Position numbers and translations under genes: made by a program
Notes under the pieces: generated by a model
What the model saw: the letters and a program-made list of their open reading frames with translations, nothing else
What the model was told of the DNA's origin: nothing
The model's database searches: none
Shown: piece by piece, positions 9,808 through 18,287 of the stretch
Numbering within the stretch: position 1 is the first letter of the stretch
Layout of the letters: every line of letters begins with the position of its first letter
From: an uncultured Methanosarcinales archaeon
GTDB taxonomy: Archaea > Nanobdellota > Nanobdellia > Woesearchaeales > JAGVZT01
Direction: 5' to 3'
Length of the DNA stretch: 24,039 bases
NCBI GenBank assembly: GCA_964419615.1
Contig: CAYQPU010000025.1
Location: 1-24,039, forward strand

Positions 9808-10641
9808 TTAGATTGAGAGAAAGATTAATGCTGGTATGAGTAATAAAAGGCCAACATACTGGCTAATTTGCAGTCTTTCTTTTAGGAAAACATATCCTAA
9901 GATAAACACAACTGCTGGAAAAGCGTTTATTATTGGAACTGTTAGACTTATTTTCTCCATTAGAGTTGAGACAGCATATGATATTTGCATTATGGTCTCA
10001 AGAAGAGCCATTATTAATACCACTAGAAACAGTTTTTTGTTTAATACCTTGAATGAAGATAGGTGCTTTGGTGCGAGGGTTAATACTACAACTGTTTTAA
10101 ATAGAAAAACTCCAAATGCAAATCCAAAGATTGCTGTTATTGGTTGATAGAGGAAGAATACAAGGGCAAATGTTCCAAGAGGAATCAGGGCTAATAAGAC
10201 TCCTTTGGAAATTTTTATTTTTTCAGATTTTTCAAGTGAAACAAGGAATATACCTATTACTGCAAGAAACACACCTAACCATTGGTATAGTTGCAGCTTT
10301 TCATTGAGAAAAAACATAGCTAACAATAGGGTTGGAAGTGTATACGATGCAGCTATTGCAGATACTAGGGAAACTTTTCCAATTTTAATTGCTCCAAACA
10401 AACCATAGTAAGCAGCAACATGCAATAATCCCATTATTATTATCAAGTAAATGGAATTTAATTCAAAGTTAATCTCTGTGAAAAACAGAAAAGGAATCAA
10501 TAAAATCACACCAAACAGATATTCTAAGAATAACAATTGAAAGGGTTTAAGCTTTTTAAGAACAATTTTGCCAAGAAAATCATGTATCCCCAAAGCAAAC
10601 ATTGCGCAAAATGCAAGTACAATTCCTGTTGATATTGCCAT
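9808..10641 (-). CDS. EamA/DMT family transporter, two repeats (start 10641 or 10644)
   Basis: About 10 hydrophobic helices; duplicated motifs LFFLNEKL…QWLG and YVFLKERL…QYVG; TATA at 10664-10671 ends 23 nt before 10641. Confidence 0.9.
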   Translation of the reverse strand: MAISTGIVLAFCAMFALGIHDFLGKIVLKKLKPFQLLFLEYLFGVILLIPFLFFTEINFELNSIYLIIIMGLLHVAAYYGLFGAIKIGKVSLVSAIAASYTLPTLLLAMFFLNEKLQLYQWLGVFLAVIGIFLVSLEKSEKIKISKGVLLALIPLGTFALVFFLYQPITAIFGFAFGVFLFKTVVVLTLAPKHLSSFKVLNKKLFLVVLIMALLETIMQISYAVSTLMEKISLTVPIINAFPAVVFILGYVFLKERLQISQYVGLLLLIPALIFLSI

Positions 10642-10767
10642 CATCTGAACATATTAATATTAATATATAAACATTTCTGGAATTTTCTACTAATTATGGG
10701 TTGTTCCCACAATAAGCCATATATTCAATCCACTTGCTTATTTTAAGGTTTTTTCACTCTCAACTTA

Positions 10768-10775
10768 TTTATAAG
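10768..10775 (+). promoter_or_regulatory. TATA box (TTTATAAG) heading the 10802-13408 operon
   Basis: Ends 27 nt before ATG 10802. Confidence 0.5.
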
Positions 10776-10801
10776 TTCATTCTATTCCAAATGTTAGTAA
10801 A

Positions 10802-11170
10802 ATGGTGGTCTGTGTATTAGACAAGACCATTGAAGAGTATGAGTTTGGGAATGGTGATCAGATATTAACAGAACTTGCCTTTGCCCAAGAGAATATTGCT
10901 TTGCTCAAAGGTGGTTTGAAAGAAAACAGAAGAGAACAAAATTACTCTTTTAAAGATGGCTTCAGAGTAACAAAAGATAAATTAAGATCACTCAAAAGAG
11001 AAGCTGAGCAAGAAGGCGTAAGATTGAGCTTTTTGCAGGTCTTACAGTACATATGTTATCAATGGCTCGAGGATAGAGACATAGAGTATACAAAGGGATT
11101 GGTTGTTTTATCAAAAAAAAAGACTGGTGATTTTGATTGGATGTACGAAGGTAGTTTGTACACCAAATAG
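10802..11170 (+). CDS. Hypothetical protein (122 aa)
   Basis: ORF following a TATA box, first in a co-oriented cluster; no family recognised. Confidence 0.7.
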   Translation: MVVCVLDKTIEEYEFGNGDQILTELAFAQENIALLKGGLKENRREQNYSFKDGFRVTKDKLRSLKREAEQEGVRLSFLQVLQYICYQWLEDRDIEYTKGLVVLSKKKTGDFDWMYEGSLYTK

Positions 11171-11188
11171 ATGATAGGAGGAATAAAC

Positions 11189-11239
11189 ATGGATGAATTA
11201 ATACATACTTTAATGTCAGGATTATTCTGTGATGGGTGA
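11189..11239 (+). CDS. Putative 16-aa micro-ORF MDELIHTLMSGLFCDG
   Basis: AGGAGGA at 11176-11182 lies 6 nt before the ATG; the TGA overlaps the SD/GTG of the next gene. Confidence 0.4.
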   Translation: MDELIHTLMSGLFCDG

Positions 11240-11244
11240 ATGAA

Positions 11245-12279
11245 ATGAGTCTAATATTTCATAGTGAAGAGCCAGTTGAGATTTTATACGAAGGAACTGG
11301 AAGTAAACAAAAGCTTATTCCCTATGTTGGTTTGATAACCGAGCCATTACACCAATTAGGAATTGGACTTGCAAGGGTTGATAATGCAGAAGGTCCCTTT
11401 TATGCAGCTATTGACAAGGTAAATCCAGTTCAGTGCTATAGGGCATTTGAGATAATAAAAAATCTAAAGCAAGCTAATAATACAAATCTTTTTGGTGCTT
11501 ATGAAGCTGCAGAGAGTATTCGCAGTTTTAAAGCTGGTTATGTAGATCTACATAGTCTAAGATCAATAGCAATAGATGATATTGAAAGTCTATTCACTAG
11601 TAAACTTCCAAATATGGATAATACAATTCAAAAGCTAGTGGAACTTGATTTGGATTTTGAGGTTGAACCAATAATCAGAGAGGTAGAAGCTGGAAGATTG
11701 GAACTAACACAAACAGTCAATGAAGCTATTAGACATTATGTTGGACTTGATCTTGTTTTAAGAGGACTAAGAGAGTCATTTGCTGATACATATAATTTTA
11801 TTAGAAATGAATCTGGTGCCGATAGAACTGTTGACAGTCTTGTAAATGATTATAATGTCACACTAGGTGCTGTAGGATTTATGATGCTTGCAACAATTGA
11901 TCTTCTTCATAATGAACTAGAAACCATGATGTATGATTTAGAAGAACAGGGTTGTGACAATCAAAATTATATGTATGATAAATTATGGATGGTGGCCAAA
12001 GAAAACATTGCACAAACAACTGATTCATATTTGAGATTCAAAATGGCATTAGTACAGGATATGGATCCAAGAGTCCAATTTGTTTCCTTCCATGATTCTA
12101 TGAGCAATTATGTGATGGGACTTATTAGTCTTAGAACTAATTTTTCAGAGTTAAGAAATTTGACAGGGGATCCAAATTATGAGGACGCTGAAGTGACTGC
12201 TGAGGCAATTGCTAGAACAATAAATGAAGGGTTATATGACCATGCTCAAGGCTATTATAATTTGCTCTCACCTATCTAA
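11245..12279 (+). CDS. Hypothetical mostly alpha-helical protein, paralog A (start ATG 11245 or GTG 11236)
   Basis: GGTGA SD at 11235-11239; aligns with 12302..13408. Confidence 0.8.
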   Translation: MSLIFHSEEPVEILYEGTGSKQKLIPYVGLITEPLHQLGIGLARVDNAEGPFYAAIDKVNPVQCYRAFEIIKNLKQANNTNLFGAYEAAESIRSFKAGYVDLHSLRSIAIDDIESLFTSKLPNMDNTIQKLVELDLDFEVEPIIREVEAGRLELTQTVNEAIRHYVGLDLVLRGLRESFADTYNFIRNESGADRTVDSLVNDYNVTLGAVGFMMLATIDLLHNELETMMYDLEEQGCDNQNYMYDKLWMVAKENIAQTTDSYLRFKMALVQDMDPRVQFVSFHDSMSNYVMGLISLRTNFSELRNLTGDPNYEDAEVTAEAIARTINEGLYDHAQGYYNLLSPI

Positions 12280-12301
12280 AGAACTACGGAGTTGATGAAA
12301 A

Positions 12302-13408
12302 ATGGATGAAGTGCTCTATGCCGGAAGATATATGACTAGGACTGTTAATGGAATTATGACAAATACTGTTGCTAGAGTAGGAATTAAAACTGATTCAAAG
12401 AAATTGCATTTTGAAGTCATTGACACAGATGAAGGTAATATGCTTGCGTATGAAAGCTTTAGTGATATTGATATTATTAATGCAGTTAGAGCTTTTAGGC
12501 TGCTTGAGCAACTTACACTTATTGAGGAAGGTGATATTGAACATTGTTGGCATGCTGCTAATCCTAACTATCCTCCTGAACACCAGGAAAGTGTGGATAT
12601 GATTGTTGGTAAGACAGGTATTGGTACAAGAGAAAGGCAAATTAATGATTGGCTTCCTTTTTTAGATAGTGCGCTTGAATCTTTTGATGAATATGGTCTT
12701 AGTGTTAATATCGAAAGTATTTTTAGAGAGTTAGACTCCCGGCTATTGACTAAGACACATAGAGTTGGTAGAGTAATCTGGGAGCATGCAGATAAGTATT
12801 TTGTTTTCAAAGGTTTATCAGAAGACTATCAAGAAGCACTTGATTTTTATGAGTCAAAACCAAATGGATTAACTCAGCTACTTAATCTTAAAGGATTATG
12901 GGATGCATCTTCTATGGCTATTAGGTACAATGATAAAGCCGAAGAGTTGTTACAAGAAGTAATTGAGCATTTTGAGGAGTCTCTTCCGAAACTCCAGGGT
13001 AAGATCCTATCTGCAACAAGAGAAACAAGAGTTCCCTTGTATGATCAATGGGAATTTGCCATTTATCATGAACATGTTAATCATGCAAGTACAAAGATAG
13101 AGAGAGCAATTGAATTTGGTAAGTTTGATTTGGATCCATACCCAAAAAGAAATGCTGGTGAAAAGTTTATTCATTTTCATAAAAGATTCAAAGATTTCTC
13201 AGAGATTCTCATAAGTCTGGAAGATAGTTGCATTAAACTTTCAAAGATTCCTGAGATTGAAGAACAAGATTATAAATCACAAAGCCATGTTCATCTAAGC
13301 AACGCAGAGTTAGTAAGGGGTGAATTAAGATACCTTAACAGATTGGTTGCAGAGAACATGCCAGAAGCCTATAAGTTAGGAAGATATACAGGGATACCAG
13401 TTATTTAA
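12302..13408 (+). CDS. Hypothetical mostly alpha-helical protein, paralog B
   Basis: 368-aa ORF, GGAG SD at 12288-12291; aligns with paralog A; T-tract after the stop. Confidence 0.8.
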   Translation: MDEVLYAGRYMTRTVNGIMTNTVARVGIKTDSKKLHFEVIDTDEGNMLAYESFSDIDIINAVRAFRLLEQLTLIEEGDIEHCWHAANPNYPPEHQESVDMIVGKTGIGTRERQINDWLPFLDSALESFDEYGLSVNIESIFRELDSRLLTKTHRVGRVIWEHADKYFVFKGLSEDYQEALDFYESKPNGLTQLLNLKGLWDASSMAIRYNDKAEELLQEVIEHFEESLPKLQGKILSATRETRVPLYDQWEFAIYHEHVNHASTKIERAIEFGKFDLDPYPKRNAGEKFIHFHKRFKDFSEILISLEDSCIKLSKIPEIEEQDYKSQSHVHLSNAELVRGELRYLNRLVAENMPEAYKLGRYTGIPVI

Positions 13409-13426
13409 TTACGGGTTTTTTATTTA

Positions 13427-14284
13427 TTACCTAAAAACAATAGAAGCATATCCAACTGCTTGCTTGTAATCACCAGCAATATCTGCAGAAGTATAGTACT
13501 GAAGTAGTTCTCCATTTGATTTGATTAATTTTGTTAGCAGGAGCATAGGAATTACTCCACAGATTGTGGCTCCTGTTTCTTTTACATAATTTGCAAAACT
13601 ATCATGATCTAGGTTAAGGATGTGCTTGATTGCTCCAAGATCAAGTTTGTACATCCTTTTTGGAATATCAGATGAGAATGGAACATATCTATATGCTGAT
13701 CCATAGTGAGTAAAGTCTGAACTTATGATAAAAGTGACTTCTTTTTCGAGATCAATTAGTGTTTCTTGTATATCAAGTGCTAATTTTGATAAATCAATAT
13801 CATCTGATAAACATATTGGAAGAATTCTGATTTTGCTTAAATGCTGTTTGTTTGCATATTGTAAAAATGGAAGTTGCACTTCTATTGAATGTTCTTCCTG
13901 ATGATCTGTTGGATCTAATGTTAATTCTGATTTTTGAGCAAGAGTTTGGCCAAGTTGCTTATCAATGTTGACTAAACCCATTGGAGTTCTCCAGGGATTT
14001 AGACTAATTGATGATTTTCTGCCTCTATGATTTGGTCCAATTAGAATGTAACAATCTGGAAGCTCAGCTTCTGCAATTTCTTTAAATGACCATGCTGCAC
14101 ATGGGCCAGAGTAGGAATAACCTGCATGCGGACAAATAACAGCTTTTACTTGCCCTTCACGTTTTGATAGGGGTAATGTGCTTGGTCCTTTTTCATGCAG
14201 AAATGATGCTTTGATTTGTTCTTTTAGTTTTTGAAAGTCTGCAGGATAAAAAGATCCAGCAACAATTGGTTTTCGAATTGTCAT
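13427..14284 (-). CDS. MEMO1 family protein (AmmeMemoRadiSam system protein B)
   Basis: IRKPIVAGSFYP, PHAGYSYSG, GPNHRG, EHSIEVQLPFLQY, SSDFTHYG, TICG, Y.TSAD…VGYASI. Confidence 0.93.
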   Translation of the reverse strand: MTIRKPIVAGSFYPADFQKLKEQIKASFLHEKGPSTLPLSKREGQVKAVICPHAGYSYSGPCAAWSFKEIAEAELPDCYILIGPNHRGRKSSISLNPWRTPMGLVNIDKQLGQTLAQKSELTLDPTDHQEEHSIEVQLPFLQYANKQHLSKIRILPICLSDDIDLSKLALDIQETLIDLEKEVTFIISSDFTHYGSAYRYVPFSSDIPKRMYKLDLGAIKHILNLDHDSFANYVKETGATICGVIPMLLLTKLIKSNGELLQYYTSADIAGDYKQAVGYASIVFR

Positions 14285-14307
14285 ATGTTCAATATAATTA
14301 TAAATGC

Positions 14308-14315
14308 TTTATAAA
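14308..14315 (-). promoter_or_regulatory. TATA box (TTTATAAA) for the MEMO1 gene
   Basis: Ends 24 nt before ATG 14284; GGCAAAAA BRE-like sequence upstream. Confidence 0.65.
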
Positions 14316-14351
14316 ATTTTTGCCTTCTTAAATCATCTTTTTCCCGTAAAG

Positions 14352-14359
14352 TTTATATA
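14352..14359 (+). promoter_or_regulatory. TATA box (TTTATATA) for 14382..14873
   Basis: Ends 23 nt before ATG 14382; CGTAAAG BRE-like sequence upstream. Confidence 0.65.
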
Positions 14360-14381
14360 TACTTAACCCGTAAAAAAGAAT

Positions 14382-14873
14382 ATGGGGAGACATAAGCAAT
14401 TCAATAAAGAGCTTGGAGATTATCTTAATAAGAGAACAACGGAGAAGGTTTTTAAAATTAAACCCCGGCCTAAGAAAAGAAAGGTTGAAGATCTTGAAGA
14501 GATTGAGTTGGAAAAGGCTGATGAAAAGATTTCTAAAAAAGGGTTTTGGGCAAGATTAAATAACAAAATGTTCGGATCAAAAGCTGTTGTTCAAAGTGAA
14601 CCTGCTCAGATAGAACATGAGGAACCACCAAAAAGAGGTTTTATCAAAAGCATATTGTATGGCTCTCAAAAAGAAAAGCACTTTGAAGAGGTGCATGAAG
14701 AGCCTTTGAAAATCAAAAAAGTTGTTTTGTACAAACCAAAAACTGAGCAAGAAATTCGATTTTTAATCAAGTTGGTTGATTCACTTGTGGTACAATTGGG
14801 CTCCCTTCCAGGAGATAGGTTTAAAAGGACTCCTGAATACAAGATATTTAAGGGTATTAAAGAGCGTTATTAA
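14382..14873 (+). CDS. Hypothetical charged protein with two amphipathic-helix motifs
   Basis: 163-aa ORF with a promoter; ends 1 nt before the next ATG. Confidence 0.75.
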   Translation: MGRHKQFNKELGDYLNKRTTEKVFKIKPRPKKRKVEDLEEIELEKADEKISKKGFWARLNNKMFGSKAVVQSEPAQIEHEEPPKRGFIKSILYGSQKEKHFEEVHEEPLKIKKVVLYKPKTEQEIRFLIKLVDSLVVQLGSLPGDRFKRTPEYKIFKGIKERY

Positions 14874-14874
14874 T

Positions 14875-16449
14875 ATGCAAAGAGGTGTGTACTGGTTTTT
14901 TATTTTCCTTATTTTATTAGCTTTTGCTAATGCATCAACATATGATACATGGGTTTTATCAGGAGAAACAATTAATTTTAATGAACAAGATTTTTTGGTT
15001 TTAACAAGTTCAGATTGGGAGATTGCCAGCATAGAATATGATGATGAGGTAATTATTGCTAGTAATCAAAGTTGCGGTGCAGATGCTTTTTATAGATTGT
15101 GTTATGAGGGTGCAAGGTGGGACCAAGCAAAGGGTTATGGTGAATATGACAGCACAACTTCTGCTAAAACACCTGAATTACATATAACTATTTCCAATCT
15201 AGCTCCAACTGTTACTGTTGCAAGATCAATCACCAAATCAGATTTAATTGTAAATGAAGAAACAGATGTTATTGTTACTATTTCTCATACTGGTGAGAAA
15301 AAGATTGAGAATGTAGTTTATACGGAAATTATTCCAAATGGATTTCAAGTTACAGAAACTGAAGACATTGTTAAGAAAGGTAACATCTTAAAGTTTGAAA
15401 CACCTTATTTGTCTGCTGATAAACAGCTAAGTTACAAAATCAAAACCATAAGACCAATTAATGCCAGCTGGACTTCAAGTCTTAAGTATGATTACCAAGG
15501 TCAAAGTACAACTCAAGAGATTGGTCAGATTTCTGTGAAAACTATTGAAATAACTAATCCACTGCAAGTGAGCACAACTCTTTCAAAAGCAAATATTGAT
15601 CCAGGACATAGTGTTACTTATACTGCCACATTGACTCCAAGCGAAGAAACACAGGTGCATAGCTTTGTTTTTGATATTCCAAAGAATGTTGAGGTCAAGG
15701 ATTATTCTGATGAGATGCAGTTTGAAAATAATAATATTGAATGGGCCGGAGTTATTGATGAGGTGCAAGTTTTTGAAGTTGATTTGAAGTTTTTATATGC
15801 AGGAAGTTTTGAGCTTAATACTACTGTGGTTAACGAATTTTATAGTGATGTTGAAGAAAAGTATCATAATAAAAGTCAAACAAAATCAAATAAGCTGGTT
15901 GTTGATTTAACCAAAATTTCTGCGAAAGTTGACTTCATGCTTGATAGGAAAAGTATTAAAGTTGGCAACAAATCAAATATTAAGGTACTTATTGAAAACA
16001 AAGATTCTAAGACTGTGTTATTTGATGTGAATTATTATATTAAGACAGGTTTATTTGGAAACTCACAAGGCACTGTTGAGGCACTTGCTCCAGGTGAAAT
16101 TGAACAGGTTTATTTTAAGGAGTTTTATGCTCCATCTTTAGAGGAAGATAGTAAGTTTATAATGAATGTTACTGGAAGTTATCGTACACAATTTTATCAG
16201 GAGTTTGATTTTGATGCTTCTGATACATTGAGTATTGGTAAAGATCCTGATTTTGTTGCTGAACAAGAACCTAGCCAGGTAGTGCAGCAAGAACAAAAAA
16301 CAGAAGATACTAGTGAAGAAGAATCAGAAGAAGAAAAACTTGTTGATGATGAGTCAATCGAAGATTCAAATGAAGGGGTAGATGAAAACCCGAAACAAAA
16401 AAAGAGTTTCTTTTCAAAGATTATTGATTTTTTTAGGAATTTGTTCTAA
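14875..16449 (+). CDS. Secreted/surface protein with tandem Ig-like (DUF11/BatD-like) domains, acidic linker and amphipathic C-terminus (start moved from 14776 to 14875)
   Basis: Signal peptide MQRGVYWFFIFLILLAFANA; alternating beta-strand motifs VTVARSIT…TDVIVTISH…EIIPNGF and LQVSTTLS…SVTYTATL; C-terminus KKSFFSKIIDFFRNLF. Confidence 0.8.
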   Translation: MQRGVYWFFIFLILLAFANASTYDTWVLSGETINFNEQDFLVLTSSDWEIASIEYDDEVIIASNQSCGADAFYRLCYEGARWDQAKGYGEYDSTTSAKTPELHITISNLAPTVTVARSITKSDLIVNEETDVIVTISHTGEKKIENVVYTEIIPNGFQVTETEDIVKKGNILKFETPYLSADKQLSYKIKTIRPINASWTSSLKYDYQGQSTTQEIGQISVKTIEITNPLQVSTTLSKANIDPGHSVTYTATLTPSEETQVHSFVFDIPKNVEVKDYSDEMQFENNNIEWAGVIDEVQVFEVDLKFLYAGSFELNTTVVNEFYSDVEEKYHNKSQTKSNKLVVDLTKISAKVDFMLDRKSIKVGNKSNIKVLIENKDSKTVLFDVNYYIKTGLFGNSQGTVEALAPGEIEQVYFKEFYAPSLEEDSKFIMNVTGSYRTQFYQEFDFDASDTLSIGKDPDFVAEQEPSQVVQQEQKTEDTSEEESEEEKLVDDESIEDSNEGVDENPKQKKSFFSKIIDFFRNLF

Positions 16450-17471
16450 ACAAACATTGAACCAAACATTGCTGTTAACACTTTTAATAGTAATAAATAC
16501 ACAAGATGAGATGAAACTACAAATACTGGGATGTACTTTACACCGCTTTTGATATTTCCCCTGTTTATTAAGGAGACAATCATTGATGAAAACAGTGCTA
16601 TCACTCCAAGAGTTATTTTTGAGAATTTAACGAAATCTTCTGGTTGCACTGCGAGCTGTTCAAAGTTAAAGGCGAGGTTTACTGATGCTCTACTAAGTGA
16701 TGGACCCAGTTTTTGAGAAAATCTTAATAGAATAATTAGGAGTTCATGAGAAAGTGCAAAAAGCAGGGGTGCAATAAATATCACAATCATAGCAATGAAT
16801 ATTACATAAGTAGTGTTCGCAGCGACTATTTCTGCCTTAAGAAGCTTGGTTTCTCTTATGTTATCTACGATTTTATCGATTATTGAAGCAAGTTCAGCTC
16901 CACTTCCAAGACCTTCAATAATTAGATTAAGAGACCTTTTGGTCATAGGAGATTCATATTTGTGAGAGAACTCAGTTAATGCTTGTTCAAATGGTTGTCC
17001 AGTTGCAACCCTTTTTGATACTATTTGAATTTCTTTTGCCAAAACACCAAATTCTGGTTTCACTGCTTCCCACAGTGCCCGGTCTAAACCAATTCCTCCT
17101 TTCACGTTTTCAGAGACTAGTGCCAGATAGCCATCCAAAACATCTTCAATTTTCTTGGTTCTGCTAAATATTTTTAAGTCAAGGTAAGAGTAAACTACAA
17201 CAAAGATAATAACTGCAATTGCTAGCATTGCTAAAGCAACAAATAGAAATGTGTATAAGAAAAATTGAATTATGCCTTGATTATCCAATGCTGGATATAT
17301 CAATGAAAAGTAGGCAAACAATGTTAAGATAACACTCAAATAAAATAGTATCCCAAAGTATTTGTAAGGTACCTCAACAATGCCAGCTTTTAGTAAGTAT
17401 CTTCTTAGGTGTGGTCGTATCTTTTGTGGGATGAACGCCTTTCCAAATTCCTTTAAAAAAAGCAATTTCAT
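16446..17471 (-). CDS. Type II secretion F (TadC/ArlJ-like) membrane platform protein
   Basis: TM helices flanking RTKKIEDVL…LVSENVKGGIGLDRAL…EFGVLAKEI…VATGQPFEQAL; ATGA overlap with the upstream gene. Confidence 0.85.
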   Translation of the reverse strand: MKLLFLKEFGKAFIPQKIRPHLRRYLLKAGIVEVPYKYFGILFYLSVILTLFAYFSLIYPALDNQGIIQFFLYTFLFVALAMLAIAVIIFVVVYSYLDLKIFSRTKKIEDVLDGYLALVSENVKGGIGLDRALWEAVKPEFGVLAKEIQIVSKRVATGQPFEQALTEFSHKYESPMTKRSLNLIIEGLGSGAELASIIDKIVDNIRETKLLKAEIVAANTTYVIFIAMIVIFIAPLLFALSHELLIILLRFSQKLGPSLSRASVNLAFNFEQLAVQPEDFVKFSKITLGVIALFSSMIVSLINRGNIKSGVKYIPVFVVSSHLVYLLLLKVLTAMFGSMFV

Positions 17472-18286
17472 ATGTCCACCGCTGGCCTAATTGATTTTAT
17501 TACTGAAATAAATACTAATTGAATAAGAGCAATGAAACATGTCACAATAATTAAAGTTGTGAAGTCAAGGACTATATTGACCATACTTGAAAATATTATG
17601 AACATTGAGATTCCAAGTGAAGGCAGTACACACGCTGCTATTAGATAAAATAAAACTATTGAGTTCAACTTTTTTGAATATGCCTTGATTTCAATTTGCT
17701 GCCGTTTTGTTATTTCATCCAGTAATTTTTTTAGTGAACTACTTATATCAACACCAGTTTTAAGTGAGTTTAAAATCTGATGAAGAACCATTTGGAATTC
17801 ATGATTGGCATTATAGTTAATCGCATCTTCTATTGCTTGTTCAATAGGTTTTCCAAGGTTGATGTCATCAACAATTTCTTTAAAATATGATCCTCCCACA
17901 CCATAACTATTTGAAGCTTTAATCATTGCATTAAATAAGGGCTCACCTGAATCAATTTTCACAAGCAGATATCTAGTTGCAAATAGTATGTTTCGTTTGA
18001 TGTCTTTATCCCTTCGTCTTATGTATGCCTTTGGTGTGTTTGAAAAGAAAACATAAAGCATAATCAAGGTGACAGGAATCGTAAACATCAATAGTTTTAA
18101 TGATTCACTATATTTTAATAATATAAAAAATAACATTCCATTAAGTGCTATTGATATTTGAAGTGAAAGCATAAAATTACGCTTCAGAAATTTTTTTGGA
18201 TCTATGTCCATGTGAGCAGTTCTTAGCTCATTTTTTAACTTGTGACTAGGTCTTGTTAAGGCCTCATATATATTTAATCCTTTCAT
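17468..18286 (-). CDS. Type II secretion F (TadB/TadC-like) membrane platform protein (start moved from 18322 to 18286)
   Basis: RRRDKDIKRNILFATRYL…SGEPLFNAM…FKEIVDDINLGKPIEQAI; ATG 18286 lies 1 nt after the ATPase stop. Confidence 0.85.
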   Translation of the reverse strand: MKGLNIYEALTRPSHKLKNELRTAHMDIDPKKFLKRNFMLSLQISIALNGMLFFILLKYSESLKLLMFTIPVTLIMLYVFFSNTPKAYIRRRDKDIKRNILFATRYLLVKIDSGEPLFNAMIKASNSYGVGGSYFKEIVDDINLGKPIEQAIEDAINYNANHEFQMVLHQILNSLKTGVDISSSLKKLLDEITKRQQIEIKAYSKKLNSIVLFYLIAACVLPSLGISMFIIFSSMVNIVLDFTTLIIVTCFIALIQLVFISVIKSIRPAVDI

Positions 18287-18287
18287 C

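Noticed and set aside
9836-10408. Antisense ORFs in EamA
   Set aside because: Shadow frames
10696-10710. TGGG-ttgtt-CCCA hairpin in the divergent intergenic region
   Set aside because: A 4-5 bp stem is expected by chance
11168-11170. Pyrrolysine/amber recoding joining the 122-aa ORF to the micro-ORF
   Set aside because: Other TAG codons are clear stops (ahcY, 16446 gene, EamA); the downstream ATG has its own SD; no pyl genes seen
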